DNA of 64,000 nt from Vicugna vicugna (lineage: Eukaryota): assembly GCA_013265495.1 (NCBI GenBank), contig MU059537.1, forward strand, positions 124,001 to 188,000, in the 5' to 3' direction. Each line of letters opens with the position of its first letter. Position 1 is the stretch's first letter. The translations under genes were made by a program, and so were the position numbers. The notes below the pieces were generated by a model. It had not been told where the DNA came from. It saw nothing but the letters and a program-made list of their open reading frames with translations, and ran no database searches. Shown one piece after another: positions 34,821-47,235 of the stretch.

Positions 34821-35577
34821 CCGGTGCTGGCTGGCCCCCTCCCCCTGCTGCCAATGCGTGATTAATCTGCCCTCCCTGGGAGACAAGCAGCGTGTCTGTT
34901 TACCTCTTGACAGCAGAGAGGGGAAACAACAAAATTAAACCAAACAAACCGCCCAGACATCAAACAAGCTCTCTCTCAAAAACGCGTGCCTTGCAGATAG
35001 AAGAACGCGGCCGGGCGGGGTGTGGCGGCCGAGTGACTGAAGGATGTAATCGCTCCAGCGAACCGCAAGCCTGTTTCCAGGGCGGGAGCGCTCGGGGCCT
35101 AATTGATGCTTTCGGGAGGCAGGGGCGCGAGATGGGCAGGTGTGTGCCGCACCCCAGCTGAAGAACCCTGGCTGCCCGGAGCTGCTCGCGGCTGCCCACG
35201 GGACGCGTGGGCCAGGGGCAGGGAGGGGTGGGAACAGGACCCACGCTCCCCACACTCTGCCCCCTCAACCTCCTTGTCCCTCAGAGTTAGGGTGGCCCGG
35301 CTCTCTGACTGCGGTTTTTGGGGGGGTTGGCCTCTCCTCATCAGCGCCAGCCGGTGGGAACCCCAAGCTCCGAGAAGCCCCAAGCGGGTACTGTCGGATG
35401 AGTCCCTGTGACCAGGGCCAGAACCTGGAGAACTGACCAAGGAGTGGGTGGGGAGTCGGGCTGATTCCAGGTGCCTTGGGCTCGACTCATCACTTGCCAT
35501 CTGGGTGCTCCTGGGCCTCGGCATTTCCGGCCTGTCAGTGGGCCCTCTGGCCCATGCGAGGAGCCGAGGCGCTGAGT

Positions 35578-35598
35578 GTCAGCACCATGGACAGGCCC
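35578..35598 (+). promoter_or_regulatory. REST/NRSF binding site (RE1/NRSE)
   Basis: gTCAGCACCATGGACAGgccc versus consensus TTCAGCACC(AC/AT)GGACAGCGCC. Both half-sites and the 2-nt spacer are intact. Confidence 0.75.
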
Positions 35599-36637
35599 GC
35601 AGGCAGCGGCTGGGTGGCTGGATGCTGACCCATCAGAATCCCTGGTGCCTTCAGCTGCCAGGCTCAGACCTCAAACCTGGGGGCCAGTGGTTCACCCTCG
35701 TCACTCTGCAGTGGGCTTGAGAGGGAAAGGACAGCCACCAAGCATCGTCCCTCCCCTTGCAAGGCTTTGCCTATTTCCCAGGTGAGACTTCCTGCAGCCC
35801 CAGGGTAGGAGCTGAGTGCAGAAGCGGGGGCGGTGGTCAGGCCCCCGCACCATGAGCGCCTGGTGGCCCATTAACCGTGACCTTGCCTCCCTCCGACATC
35901 GGTGAGCTTCTGGGGCACCCTGACCCCGTGTTCCCCCCTTCCCGGTATTTCACTGCTGCTCCAGGAACTCCTGATGTCGGCTCCTTATGACACTGTCAAC
36001 AGGGCAGATGAAAAGGCTCTGAAAGGAAAACAGAAGCAAGGGGACGGCTGTGGTCCTGGGGTCGTTAAGCCGTCCTCGAAGCTGTCACTGCCACGCTGAC
36101 GGCTGCGACTTCATGGCTGTTTCCCTACCCGCTGGGCCAGCCTCCATTGCTCTCCGCTGGGAAAGTGGTCTGGGGGTTACGCCTTGCTGCTCCCCAACTC
36201 AAAACATTAGCAACACGAGGAATTTCGACTTGCTTCTGCTCTGGGGGAGGGAGGCCTCATTACAGCACCATTTTTAGCCTGGTGAAGAGCTCCCCCGTGC
36301 CCCCCAAATTTGCATTTTTCCTTCAAAATGCTTTTGCCGCTGGCAGGAGAGGAGATGTGAAAATCTGAGAGGAGCACGTGGCTGTAAGCATGAGCGGTTC
36401 CGTGTGGGTTTTGTTAACTCGGGGCCTGCCTGCGTTAGTGATTAGTGTTCACTCCCCACCGAGCTGCTGGCCTCTGCACCAGCGGTCCCCTGTGGTAGTG
36501 GCCACTGGAGCCTTGCCGTCCACTTTGGAGAAGAGAGTAAGAGGCCTAGAGGCCACAAGGGCCACCAAGGATCCCATAGCAGGTTAGTAGCAAGATTTCA
36601 CACCCTTCTGTTAAGCGGAGATCATCCTCTTCCTCCC

Positions 36638-36990
36638 TGTATCAGTCAGCTCAGGCTATTTGGCTGCAGTAACAAGTGAGCCCAAGTCCAGGTCTGGTTC
36701 TCGCTTGTGTAATGTGCCCATACCAGGTTGGAGGTACTTTAGCTCCTGTGCTTTGACTATGGGGCCCAGAATGACGGGGCAGCCCTGCCCAGACATTGCC
36801 AGGTTCCTGCTAGAGATCAGAGCAGTGGAAAACCTCACAGTTGCTTTGAAAGTGTCTGCTTGGAAGCAGCAAGTGACTTTCTGCTGCAGTGAACCCACCA
36901 AGCATTTCATAAGCCAGGCCTGGGGCCGCGGGGCTGCTGCGCTCTGTCCTGCAGGGAGAGAGGGAGGCAGAGGCACCATGATAAGGGCCA
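36638..36990 (-). mobile_element. Old MaLR LTR (MLT1J/K/L-like)
   Basis: Begins tgtatcagtcagctcaggctatttggctgcagtaacaa and contains gctttgaaagtgtctgcttggaagcagcaagtgactttc. Confidence 0.55.
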
Positions 36991-38129
36991 TGGCATCTTT
37001 GAACGACCGTTCAACTTGCCTCTTGCTTGGAATTGCACCCCTATCTCCAGCTGCTCCCTCCACCTGGACTTGCATCATCCCCTCCTCTTTGGCCTCTGCC
37101 CAGGCCCTGCCCTCCTGTGAGGTCTGGGGGATCACCCCAGACTCATCCCTTGGGGCAGCCTGCTCCTGGCAGGGCTCCCCCTGCCCCAGCGCCCCCAGCA
37201 CACACACACTGACCTCAGTGGCCCCCTGGGTGTGGACTTTCTCTCCTCCCCGCACCAGGGCCCGTTCTTCCCAGCGGCTGAGTCCACCCCCGAGTGAGGG
37301 CGTCCCTGGCCTAGGGCCGCCAGTCCCTGGGGTTGGGAGCACCCAGGCCGCCTCCCCCTGGCCCTCCTCGTCCTCTGCCTGGGGAGCTTCCAGCCTGGCC
37401 GCATCGCCGCCGCCTCCTCCTTAGAAGCGCGGGTTCACCCGCCCCACGTGGAAGACAGGGCCGAAGCTCGGTGTGGCTACGCTTGACAGGAGCCCCGTCT
37501 GCTGGGCCTGAGCTGAGGCCTGGTCAGGCTGCCTTCCTCCTCTGAGGATGAGTACAGAGGCCAGGACTTCTGGACACAGCTGGGGAGGGCTTGGGGGGGG
37601 CCTACGGGCAGCTGGTGGACAAAGGTTTAGAGGCTGGCTCTTGACTCCCACCCTGTGGACAGGCCGGGGCTGGGGTGGGGGACCCAGCAGCTGGGCCACC
37701 TTTGGCTTGACCCAAGAGGTGGGACCTGGCATGAGGTGGAAAGGGGACCGTGGGCCATGTGCCCAGCTGTCTTTGGGGGCCACCTTCTCAGAGGTGTGTG
37801 AGCTGTGGGTGAGCGAGTCAGGGCCCTGTCCTCTCAGTGCCGGCCAGCAAGGATGGGCCCTGGGTGGCCTTGGCAGGTAGACACACCCTTCCGGGCCCTG
37901 TATGGGACAGGGGCTTGGGGCCTGAGGTGGGGGGGTGTCACGTGGGGCTGCCAGGACCTGACCGCTGGGCGCCGTGATGCATGTCGTTGGAGGATGAGAA
38001 CCATGGAGCTGGCATGTTAGCATCTCAGAGCCGAGGGGTTAGACTTGTGCTCACGGACAGTGAAGGTCGCTTTATTGGCTGAAGGTGCGTATCCATAGGC
38101 CCTAGCTAGTCTCAATAGTGCCGTTTTTA

Positions 38130-41100
38130 TGTCTTTGGCTGGTACGGCGCTTGGTCTTATGGAGGACTGTGCGCATCACAAACCCGTGACACAACACGTA
38201 ACGACGCAGCGAACTTCCACAAGCCGCCTCCTAACCCGACAGCCGGTGCTGTCCCTGAGCCCTGCAGGGGCCAGCCCCCTCCCGGCCCCGCTGTCACCCC
38301 GGGCAGCCTCTGCCCTGGACTTCGTGTCTGTGAAGCCCTTGCTTTCACACGGTTCTAGACAGTTCGGGGTTTTTATACAGATGATGTTTGTAAAACGTGC
38401 CGATCGCTGGACAAGAGTGTTCAGTTGTGCTTATTTTTTATCTCCATAAAAATCAAGCTACGCTCTTCATACGTCCCCAAGACTTGCTGGGTTTTTTATT
38501 TGTTTGTTTTTTTTGTTTTTTTAACCCAGCGTCATGTCCAAGGCTTGCCCACGTGCCTGTGCCCAGCTGTGCGTCACCCTTCCCTAATACGCAGCGTCAC
38601 ACAGCACGGCCCGTGTCCCAGCCCACCGCCCTCCCCTCCGCCGTGTCTGCTCCTGGCGCGGGAGGGCTCTCCCGATCTAGAGCTGGCCCTGGGGCTCCGG
38701 GGTCGTGGGCACAGGGCTGGCGCCACTTGACCAAATGAGACCAGGCTATCTTCCAAAGTGGGCGTCGGTGGCCACGTCCCCACCCAGTGACATGTGGCTC
38801 TGCCCGTCCCATTTTGATGCCGTCAGATTTATTAATCTTTGCCAGCCTGGCGGGAGTGCCAGTCAGTGTCTAATTGTGGTCTTCATTTGCATTTCTCTGA
38901 TTACTAACACAGTTGGAATTTTTCATGTTTATGCTTGTGTTTCCTAGCCATGAAAAGTCTGTTCATGCCTTTTGCCCGTTTAAAACATTGGATTGTTTGT
39001 TTTTCCTCCTTGATGACGTGTGGTACATACACACACGTGCATACATTCTAATCTAGATGCCCTGGCTCTGGGCACCCCCCTCCTGCTGCGAACGGCACCC
39101 GGCGAGGGTGCTTTCCCTCCCGCCCCTCGCGGGGTCTCCTGACGACTCCGAGGCTCGCTGCCCACTTGTGAGCACCCCACATCCCAAGTCTAGAAGACAT
39201 TCTCCTTTGTTTTCGTCTACGGACTTTGCCGCTTACGTTCCTCTGTGGGGCGGTCAGTCACCCTCGCCGCGTCTGAAAACCCCCCTCTTCCATCTGCCCT
39301 GCTCCTCTGTCCCCTGGCAGCTTCCACACGTGGTCCCCTTCCAGTCCTGCTGAGCCCCCACCCCATCGTTACTTCCCTGGGGGCATCACTGTGCCTTCAT
39401 GCTGAATGGTGCCGTCTGGCAGGTGGAAGCCCCGCCCCCTGTTATTTCCTGCAGCACCTTGGGTCTTCCTGGCCCTGTACGCCTGTGTGTACTTCAGAAT
39501 CCCCTGGTCGGGTTCCATATGCAGCCCTGTGAGCGCTTCTGGTTGGAATCTCATGGACTCTATGGCTCAAGTTGGTAAGAACTGACATCCTTACGATATT
39601 GGGACTTCCCGTCTGTGGACGTAGTTTATCTATTTATTTATGTCTTTAAATGGGTTTAAATACATTTAAACAACGACTGTCTCCACATATATCTCGTATC
39701 TTCTTAAAGATCTACTCCTAAACATAATTTGCTTCTATACGTTGTGTATGTACGAAGCATGTTGCTGGCATGTAGCAATGTGTGTGACTTCTATAAACTG
39801 AGTGTAGAGTCAGACAGTGTTAATGTCTCATTAATTCTCATACGTTGCCTATGAATTCTGTTAGGTTTCCTTTGAAGATAATCCTGTTATTACCCACAAT
39901 AACAGCTTCGTTTCTTCCACGCAGATACTTCCGCCTTTAATTTCCTTTCCTGATCGCTGTGTGGGCAGCGCACCTGGTGCTGACTTGGAAGGAGGGGCAG
40001 TGGGCATCCTAGTTTGGCTCCTGATTTTGAAAGGGAAGCTGCCAGCCTTACCCGGTTAAGAATGTTAGTTTTAGGTTGATCGTACTCTGTCGGGTGAAGG
40101 AAATTTGCTAAGGGTTTGATAGGAGCTTCTTTTTTTTTTAAATCCTGGATGGGTGTTCAGTTACATCAAATCTGTATTTTTTTATCTCTTAAGATAATTG
40201 TTTAGTTTTTTTTCTTTTACTCTGTTAATGTGCTGCATGGCGTGTCTAGATTTTCTCACGTGAAACTACTTGCGCCGGAGCAAATAATGATAACTAATGA
40301 TGGTGATTCATTTTCACCGAAGGTTCCAACTTGATAATATTTCATCTAGGATTCTTGCTTCTATGGGGGCCTCCACGCTTCCGTACTTTTCCCCGATCCC
40401 CCCTGATCTTGACAACAAGTTTCTATCGGCCTCATAGAGTTAGGGATCAGTCTCTCCTCGGCGTCCTCTGTTCTACATTGTAAATTCTCAGAGCTCACAT
40501 TCAGGGTCTGCTCTGTTCTGGAATCTGTTCTGGTAAAGCCATGCGTTCTAGGAGTGCACACGTTTGCCTCGGCTGGGGATGTGGGCCAGGCTGTGGCTTG
40601 TCCGTTATCACTGCCCACTCTGCTCCAGCCACTGTCTGCACCGCTCGTCGTGAACGTTGTCCGTCCAGCTCCCTTTCGCCTTGGTCAGCCTCTCCAGGGG
40701 CTTGTCCTTTTAATTAGCATCTTTGGCTTTGTTCTGTTCTATGCTAGTTTCGGTTTTTGATTGGTTTCTTCTTTTTATCATCGCCTCGCTTTTTCTTTGA
40801 GTTACAGGGTAGTCCTTTCCCCTGAAGTGCTTGGAAACTCAGCCCCTGGAATGTCAGCCTTTCTCTCTTCTAAACACCAGCACTTAGTCTCTGAGCCCCC
40901 TTCAAGGGCCCCCACGTTGACTGCACCCCGCAGTGTGACGTGGCATATTTCCATTAGTGTTCAATTAAAATAATCTGTCTAGTCTGAGTTTCTGATTTGA
41001 CCCAGGAGTTATTTAGAAATGGATGGTACAGTTTCTAAATGCATGGGGATTTTAAATTTACCCTTTCTGGTTACCTTCTAACAGTTGCATTTTGTTTAGA

Positions 41101-43270
41101 GAATTTCTTTTACGTGAAGTTTGTTACGGCTTGCTCTGTGGCCTAGAGCTCTCCGTTTCTGTAAATGTTCCACGTGTGCTTGACAAGGATGTGCGCTCTT
41201 TAAATGCACATGCATGGAAAGTCCTATTAGTGCCCACGAAGTCAACCGGTTAACTTTGTGATTCAGATGTTCTGTATCTTTCCCTCTTGGGGTCTCCCTG
41301 ACCCGTTGTAAATTGAGAGAAATAGGTTGAAATCTTTTACTGCCCTGCTGGATTTGCAGATGCCCCCCCGGAGCTCTATAAATGTTTGCTGTATGTATTC
41401 AATGACTGTTTTCTTCTAGGTTGCATACAGGTTTAGAATGGATGTATCATCTTGGTAAATTGAAACTTTCAGTGCTACAAAGCGACCTTTCCTGCCCCGC
41501 TTGTCACGTGATGCTTTGTGTCTTAAAACCCAGTCCTGCTGTCAGCGGGCCGGTGCCGGCCTTCTTTTGATGAACGCTTTCACAGTGTCTTTTCCTACTC
41601 GGCCATTTCCAGCATTTCTGCGCCTTTATGCTTTCGACATGTCTCTCGTAAATAACAGAGCGCTGGACTCGGACCTCGATTGTGACCGTTCCACTCTTCC
41701 TCCAGCTGAGCCCCAGACATTGGGGATATGTTGGAATTTGTTTATTCCACCTGAGTTTTTGATTTGTACCTATCTTTATTTTTGAAAGCTGCCTTTTTTA
41801 GTACTAGAGTTTTTAACTTTTTATATTGAAAAATACTTTCAAATTTTCAGAAAGTTGCAGAAGTAGAACTCGAGTTCCTGTCTCTCTTCAGCCACGCTCC
41901 CCGGAGTCACTTACAGCCATGCTGGCCGTCGCTCCTTGCGACCTCAGCGTGTTTGCCGAGAGCCAGGATGCTCTCCCGCACGCATCCAGCCAGTAAATTA
42001 CCAGCCATCGGACATGACTGTTGCCTCACAGACCCCGTTCAGGTGCTACTTCTTGTTTTGAGAATGTTCTTTAACGCCCAGGATTCTAACCCAGTTTCCC
42101 TTGTTGTGTTTAGTCATGTCTCTTTAACCACTTGAGTCTTTCAAAATTTAGTTCATTTTTTCCTTGTGCTGTATTTCAACCCTCGAAATGTTGCCACAAA
42201 GTCTAAAGTCAGACATCATCACCTCCCTTCCTGACCAACTCCGGGGCCTCGGAACATTCGCGCTCAGATCGCTGCCTTCCCCGCGCTCCCTTCCCCCGCC
42301 CGCCGCTGTCCTTGTGGGCCCCACACAGGGGATGCTGTGACGTTGTGCAGCTGGTGCAGTGAGGGCCCACACAGCCTGTGTCATGTCATCGGTCCCTAGT
42401 CGCCTTTTACCTTAGATCTTCTGGGCTCTTCCTCCTTCCTGGAGGTCATCCTTGGGGACAAGTCCCTCTGATCATGTTGACACTTTTTGTTGGTCTTTAA
42501 TGCCATTTGCCACGTCTCTCACGTGGGGCGTTGCATGTTGCAGGCCTCTGGCTGGAGCGCAGTTCCCTCCAGGGCTGGCTGGCTCCCCTGCTGCCACTGG
42601 GGGGTCTGCGACTGTCCACCTGCCCTGCTGTTGGGGCTCTCTTCTCCTCTGGCTGACTCCAGATCTAGGCTTTGCATTTAGAATTCCACGGCTTTCCCAA
42701 GGTGCATCTGGGTATGGATGTCTTTCTCTTCTGCTTTGTGTGCTATTTGGGTCAGTGGGTGCCTGTGTGAATAAGTCCTCGAAAACCACAGCTGTCGCCG
42801 CTTTATGGGGTGCCTGTGCCCTGCCTCCCACGTTCCCTGCCACCCTGGGGCCCTCACTGGACGTGCATGAGAGTCCCCCATCCCCGGAGGTTGTAATGTC
42901 TCCTAGCCCCAGTCCGTCTGAGGGGATAACGGTGACTCATTTGGATGTGCCTTGCGGCTTAAAGGTGGGTCAAATCTCCCGCCAACTTGTCAGCCGAGCC
43001 TTTCACTTGGGGCCTTGTGGTTTTCATTTCTGAAAGTTCATTTCTTCTGCAGATCATCTGCTTGTTCTCAGCAGTCCCCTGCTGCCTCTTTAGGACCGTA
43101 TTCTTCATTCTTGAGACATTTTACCCGCATGTCCCCCTCTGTTCTTACAGTCTTTGCTGGTCTCGTCTGTTTCTGGACGTGGCTACTTTGATGATGTTTG
43201 GTTACGAGTCCATGGCTTGTCTTCAGTTGGAGTTAGGGGAGTTCACCCAGAGAGCTCTGAACAAGGGAAT
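38130..43270 (-). mobile_element. Long decayed antisense L1 (3' UTR, ORF2, ORF1 region) with a second L1 3' fragment inserted at about 41790-42250
   Basis: T-rich. ctaattgtggtcttcatttgcatttctctgattactaac, gttggtaagaactgacatccttacgatattggga and gtaaatgttccacgtgtgcttgacaaggatgtg are antisense L1 signatures. Confidence 0.8.
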
Positions 43271-46200
43271 GGGGGTCAGTGCTGGAGGCTGGAGGCCGGA
43301 GGGCTGGAGGCCATCCTGGCCACGACCTTCTCGGGGCTTGAATCCCAGCCCGGGACACCCCCACCCCTGCCTCCTCTAGCCCCTCCCATGGGGTTCACAT
43401 CCCGCCTCCCAGGGCAGCCTGGAGACACAGGAACGGGCTCTTCAAAGGCTCCCCAGTTTGGGCTTTTGTCTTTGTTACAGAAGCTCATTGCAGCCAAAGC
43501 ACAGAAACAAAAATCAAACAGAAAGAATGTTCCCCACGATTCCACCTCCAGAGGAAACATTGCTGACAACATAATGATCGTGATGTTTCCAGTGATTCGA
43601 TCATCACGCACACGCATGTGCACGTCTGCTTACACAGACGAGAGCTGCCGGCGGGGACGGCTGCCCTGGCCTTTCACTCCCCGGGCCGCCCTCCTGGCAG
43701 CAGGAGGCTCTGCCATTGGCTGTGCCCTGGCAGACGTACCCAGCACCTGCTTAGCAGCCTCGGGAGCATCTCCGGTTCCACGTGTGTGAAGCGTGGCCGC
43801 GAGGGCCCGTCAGCTCCCGTGTAGCCCCGAAAGGGATCGCTGGGCTGAAGAGCCTGTTTGGAGACTTCTGGCTGTTGTCATGCACCCTCAAACCCTGAGG
43901 AGGTCCCACCAGTGGACTCCTCCCCTGACGTGGCAGGAAGTGCCCCGCCCAGCCCAGCTGGCTTCCTTCCGCCGCTTTTGTATTGCAGCCGAGCTGACTG
44001 GCTGTGTGGACGCCGCAGGAGGACACAGTCCGGCCTTAATTCACCAGCAAGACCTTCGTTTGAGGGGCTGACCAGTAGGGCTCCCGACTCGGGCCTGGAT
44101 GTGGCAAATACTGGGCCCCTGGGCACCCGGAGAGGGCGGCATGGAGGATGGTCATCTGGCCTGTTTTACAGCCAGTGAGTGGGGGCTGCAGTGCGTAGGG
44201 TCTGGCTCCCTGGCCCTCCTTTGTCCCCACCAGCAACACGGCCCATGATGGGATACCGGGCCTGGCACGACCACAGCCTGAGGCCGCAAGTCGTGTTCTG
44301 GGAGATGGGAGAGGACAAGCTTGCCTGTCCCAGTCAAGGAGGGTGGCAGGCCCGGGGTGATGCCCTGTCCCCCGAGGTGCGGGACCCAGCCTTCAGGCTG
44401 GGACTTGAGCCAGCCGGAGAGTGGCGAGGACAACTCAGGCCCCCGGAGGGACAGGCTCGTGTCTGGAGCAGAACCCTGCCCGGCCCGCACAAGCAGGCCC
44501 CGGGGACATTAGCTTCGCTATGGAGCTGACAGGCCGAGAGCTCCCGGCCGCCCTGAGCCCCTGTCCTAGGACACAGAATCCCTAAATCAAGTCATTATTC
44601 TGAAGTTTCATCCCCAGCAGAATGTGCCCGTCTCAGTAACGACAGCATTTGTAATCCACTTAGAAAACGTGGTATTTTTGACGCTACACTTAAGAAACAA
44701 TCCGTTCCACACCCATCCATCCAAATGGCTCCGATTTTGAATAATTCTTTTGAAATGGAGTCTAAATATATACAAATAGATGTTTCTGAAATGTCATGTA
44801 TTTTGAATACATTTGCATGAGAAGCGGTTTCTGAGGAATGCGGTGGGAGCTGGACCGCTTCTGAGGAGGGGACGAGGGTGCAGTGGGCTGAGGGAAGGGG
44901 CTGGGGGCGCAGAGGGGCCAAGACAGAGGCCGCGTGGCCCCAGGCGTCCGGCACCAGGAGTCTCCTCACCGAGAGCCCCGGGCATCGTGCTCCCGGGGAC
45001 CGCGGGGCCAGCGCCCAGGGTCCTGCAGATGGTGGTGCGGGGAGTGGAGCATCGGGCTTGGTACCTGCTGAGTCCCAAGCCTGCACCCAATGTGCCCAAG
45101 TGCCCTCATTCGTCCTCAGCCCCTCCTGCCCTTGCCCTGCGTCTGACCCTGGCTGTGCTGGGCTGCGGGAGTCAGGGCCTTGCTTCTCACCATGGACGTG
45201 CCCCTCTGCAGGCCCCGGGGGTCCCCTCCTTGCTCAGCACAGTCTGGCCCACGCCCAGCAATCTCCAGCCCCCCACCTCACACTTTCTGTTTTGCCCTCA
45301 TCTCAGCGGAAGGGGCAGCAGACAGAGGGCAGCACCTGTGGGCTCCTATTGGGCTGCCCAGCCAGTGTCCGTCCATTCTCGCTGTGGACATGGAGCCTGT
45401 GGACGCCTGAGGGTGGTGTCTGTAGGGCTCGTCCCTGGACCCACAGCTGGAGTCCAGCTGGTCACTCCTCTTGGTCACCCTGCTTCTCTAAGCCCTGCCG
45501 AGCTCAGGGCAGCAATTGGGCAGCTGCCCCCTAACTTTAACAGTTGCAGCAGGAAGGAGGTAAGTTCTATGCAGAGGGAAGCAGGGGCTGAGGCCCCCAG
45601 AGACAGCCTCTGGTGCAGCCAGGCAGCCTCTGGGAAGGCGTCCTGCCAGTGGGGGTGCTGGAGTTGGGTTTTAAAGGGTGAGCAGGAGTTCTGCAAGTGA
45701 AGAGCTGTGGAGGGCAGGGGGAGGGGCCCGTGGGAAGGCCCTCGGGCCAGGAGGTGCTGAGCAAAGCCCCTTCCCAAACCGTAACATAGGCATCTCTTCC
45801 CACAGCGGGGCTGGGGCAGACTAGGCCGGGAGGGGGCCGGCCGGCCTCCCATCCTGGGCCGGGAGGGTGCAGCTCTTCCCAGCCAGCGAGTGAATTCAGC
45901 GCCTGCTGCACCGGCACGGCTTCCGACCCCACACAGCTGACACTAACTGGGCCCCAATCAAGAGTGTAATTCAGGTTAATTGGCTCCCCGCCGTCAGCCC
46001 CCATCAGCCTCGTGGGGCTGTCGTTTAAGACTGATTAGCCAGCTGATGGCTGACAGCTGGGGGGACCTGGAGAGGGGGCGGCAGGTGTGGGGGCAGGTGG
46101 GAGACCCCTCCTGGGTGGGGAGGCAGGGCTTGGTCCCCCTACTGGCCTTGCCCACCCTGTTCCCACGTCCTCTGCCGTGCGTTCCCTCCTGTCTGGTCCC

Positions 46201-46879
46201 CGACGCCACTACTAAGGGGCTGCAGGCGAGCTGCCCTTTCCAAGCCTCACTGTTCGCACCTCTGAAATGAGTGTACTTGGGTCCCTCACAGGGCTGACCT
46301 AGGGCTGTGGGCAGCGTGTAGTACTCAGCCCTTCCCCAAAGGGACTGAGCTGGGCAGCCCCTGAGATGGGTCTGAGGAACCCCTGTGCGGAGCAGGGTCT
46401 CTGGGCACCCTGTGATGGCTCTATGGTAGCAGGACTGGGCAGAGGGTAGGAGGACTCTGGGCTGTCTACTCAGCCTTGGCCCGGAGAGTGACCCACAGCC
46501 CCTTGCTGCCTGGACCAGTGCCCAGGCTCACCGCCTCCAGAGGCGTCTGCAGCCCCCACAGCATCCTTGGTGAGGTCACCGCCTCCACTGTAGGACGTGA
46601 TGGCCTCACGGGCCTGCAGCCCCACTGGCTTTGGGCCCTTGAGTCCTGTGCCCGGCTCTGGGAGAGCAGGGGCAGGGCGCGAGGGTGCCCAGGGCGGAGA
46701 GCGCATTGGGTGAGCAGGGTGGAGGGGGAATGGGCTGCTGTGCTCTTGTTGGGAGAGGGGCGCCCAGGGCTGGATTGGACGAGACTCTGCTTGGCCCACA
46801 AGCTCTCGGTAGAAGGACCCTGGCACCCTGGGCATCCCTGCTCCCGAGGGCCAGATGGGCGGATGGGCTGGGGCCTGGC

Positions 46880-47235
46880 CTGTTAGCTGGGGCTGCTGTA
46901 ACCGACGCCAAAGAGCGCATGGCCCAAACAGCCAATATTTACTGTCTCCCAGCCCTGGAACGTCTGAGATCGGCAGGGCTGCTCCTTCTGAGGCCGTGAG
47001 GGAGAATCTGCCCCAGGCCTCTCTCCTCGGCGTGTAGACGGCTGCCTGCGTGTTCACACGGCATTCTCCCTGTGGAGCTGCGTCCAAATCCGCCTGTCTT
47101 TTAAGGCCCCAGTCAGATGGCTTTAAGTTGACGGCCTCTGTATAGGCCCCATCTCCAGTAAGGCCCCACTCTGAGGTCCTGGGCTGAGGACGTCAACATA
47201 CCGGTTCTGGGGACATGGTTCAGTCTGTGAATGTC
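46880..47235 (-). mobile_element. MaLR solo LTR, MLT1B/C-like
   Basis: ccccatctccagtaaggccccactctgaggtcctgggctgaggacgtcaacataccggttctggggacatggttcag is the reverse complement of the MLT1B 5' end. Confidence 0.8.

Noticed and set aside
36656-37424. Overlapping 254-aa (+) and 228-aa (-) ORFs
   Set aside because: The 5' part lies in an MLT1-like LTR and the rest is low-complexity; no homology recognised.
43445-43789. Strong acceptor ttttgtctttgttacag| with a downstream open frame
   Set aside because: Lies in AT-rich, probably L1-derived sequence where such acceptors arise by chance; the peptide has no recognisable features.
44813-45700. 295-aa plus-strand ORF
   Set aside because: Pro/Gly/Ala/Arg-biased, no domain, and similar ORFs overlap it in other frames.
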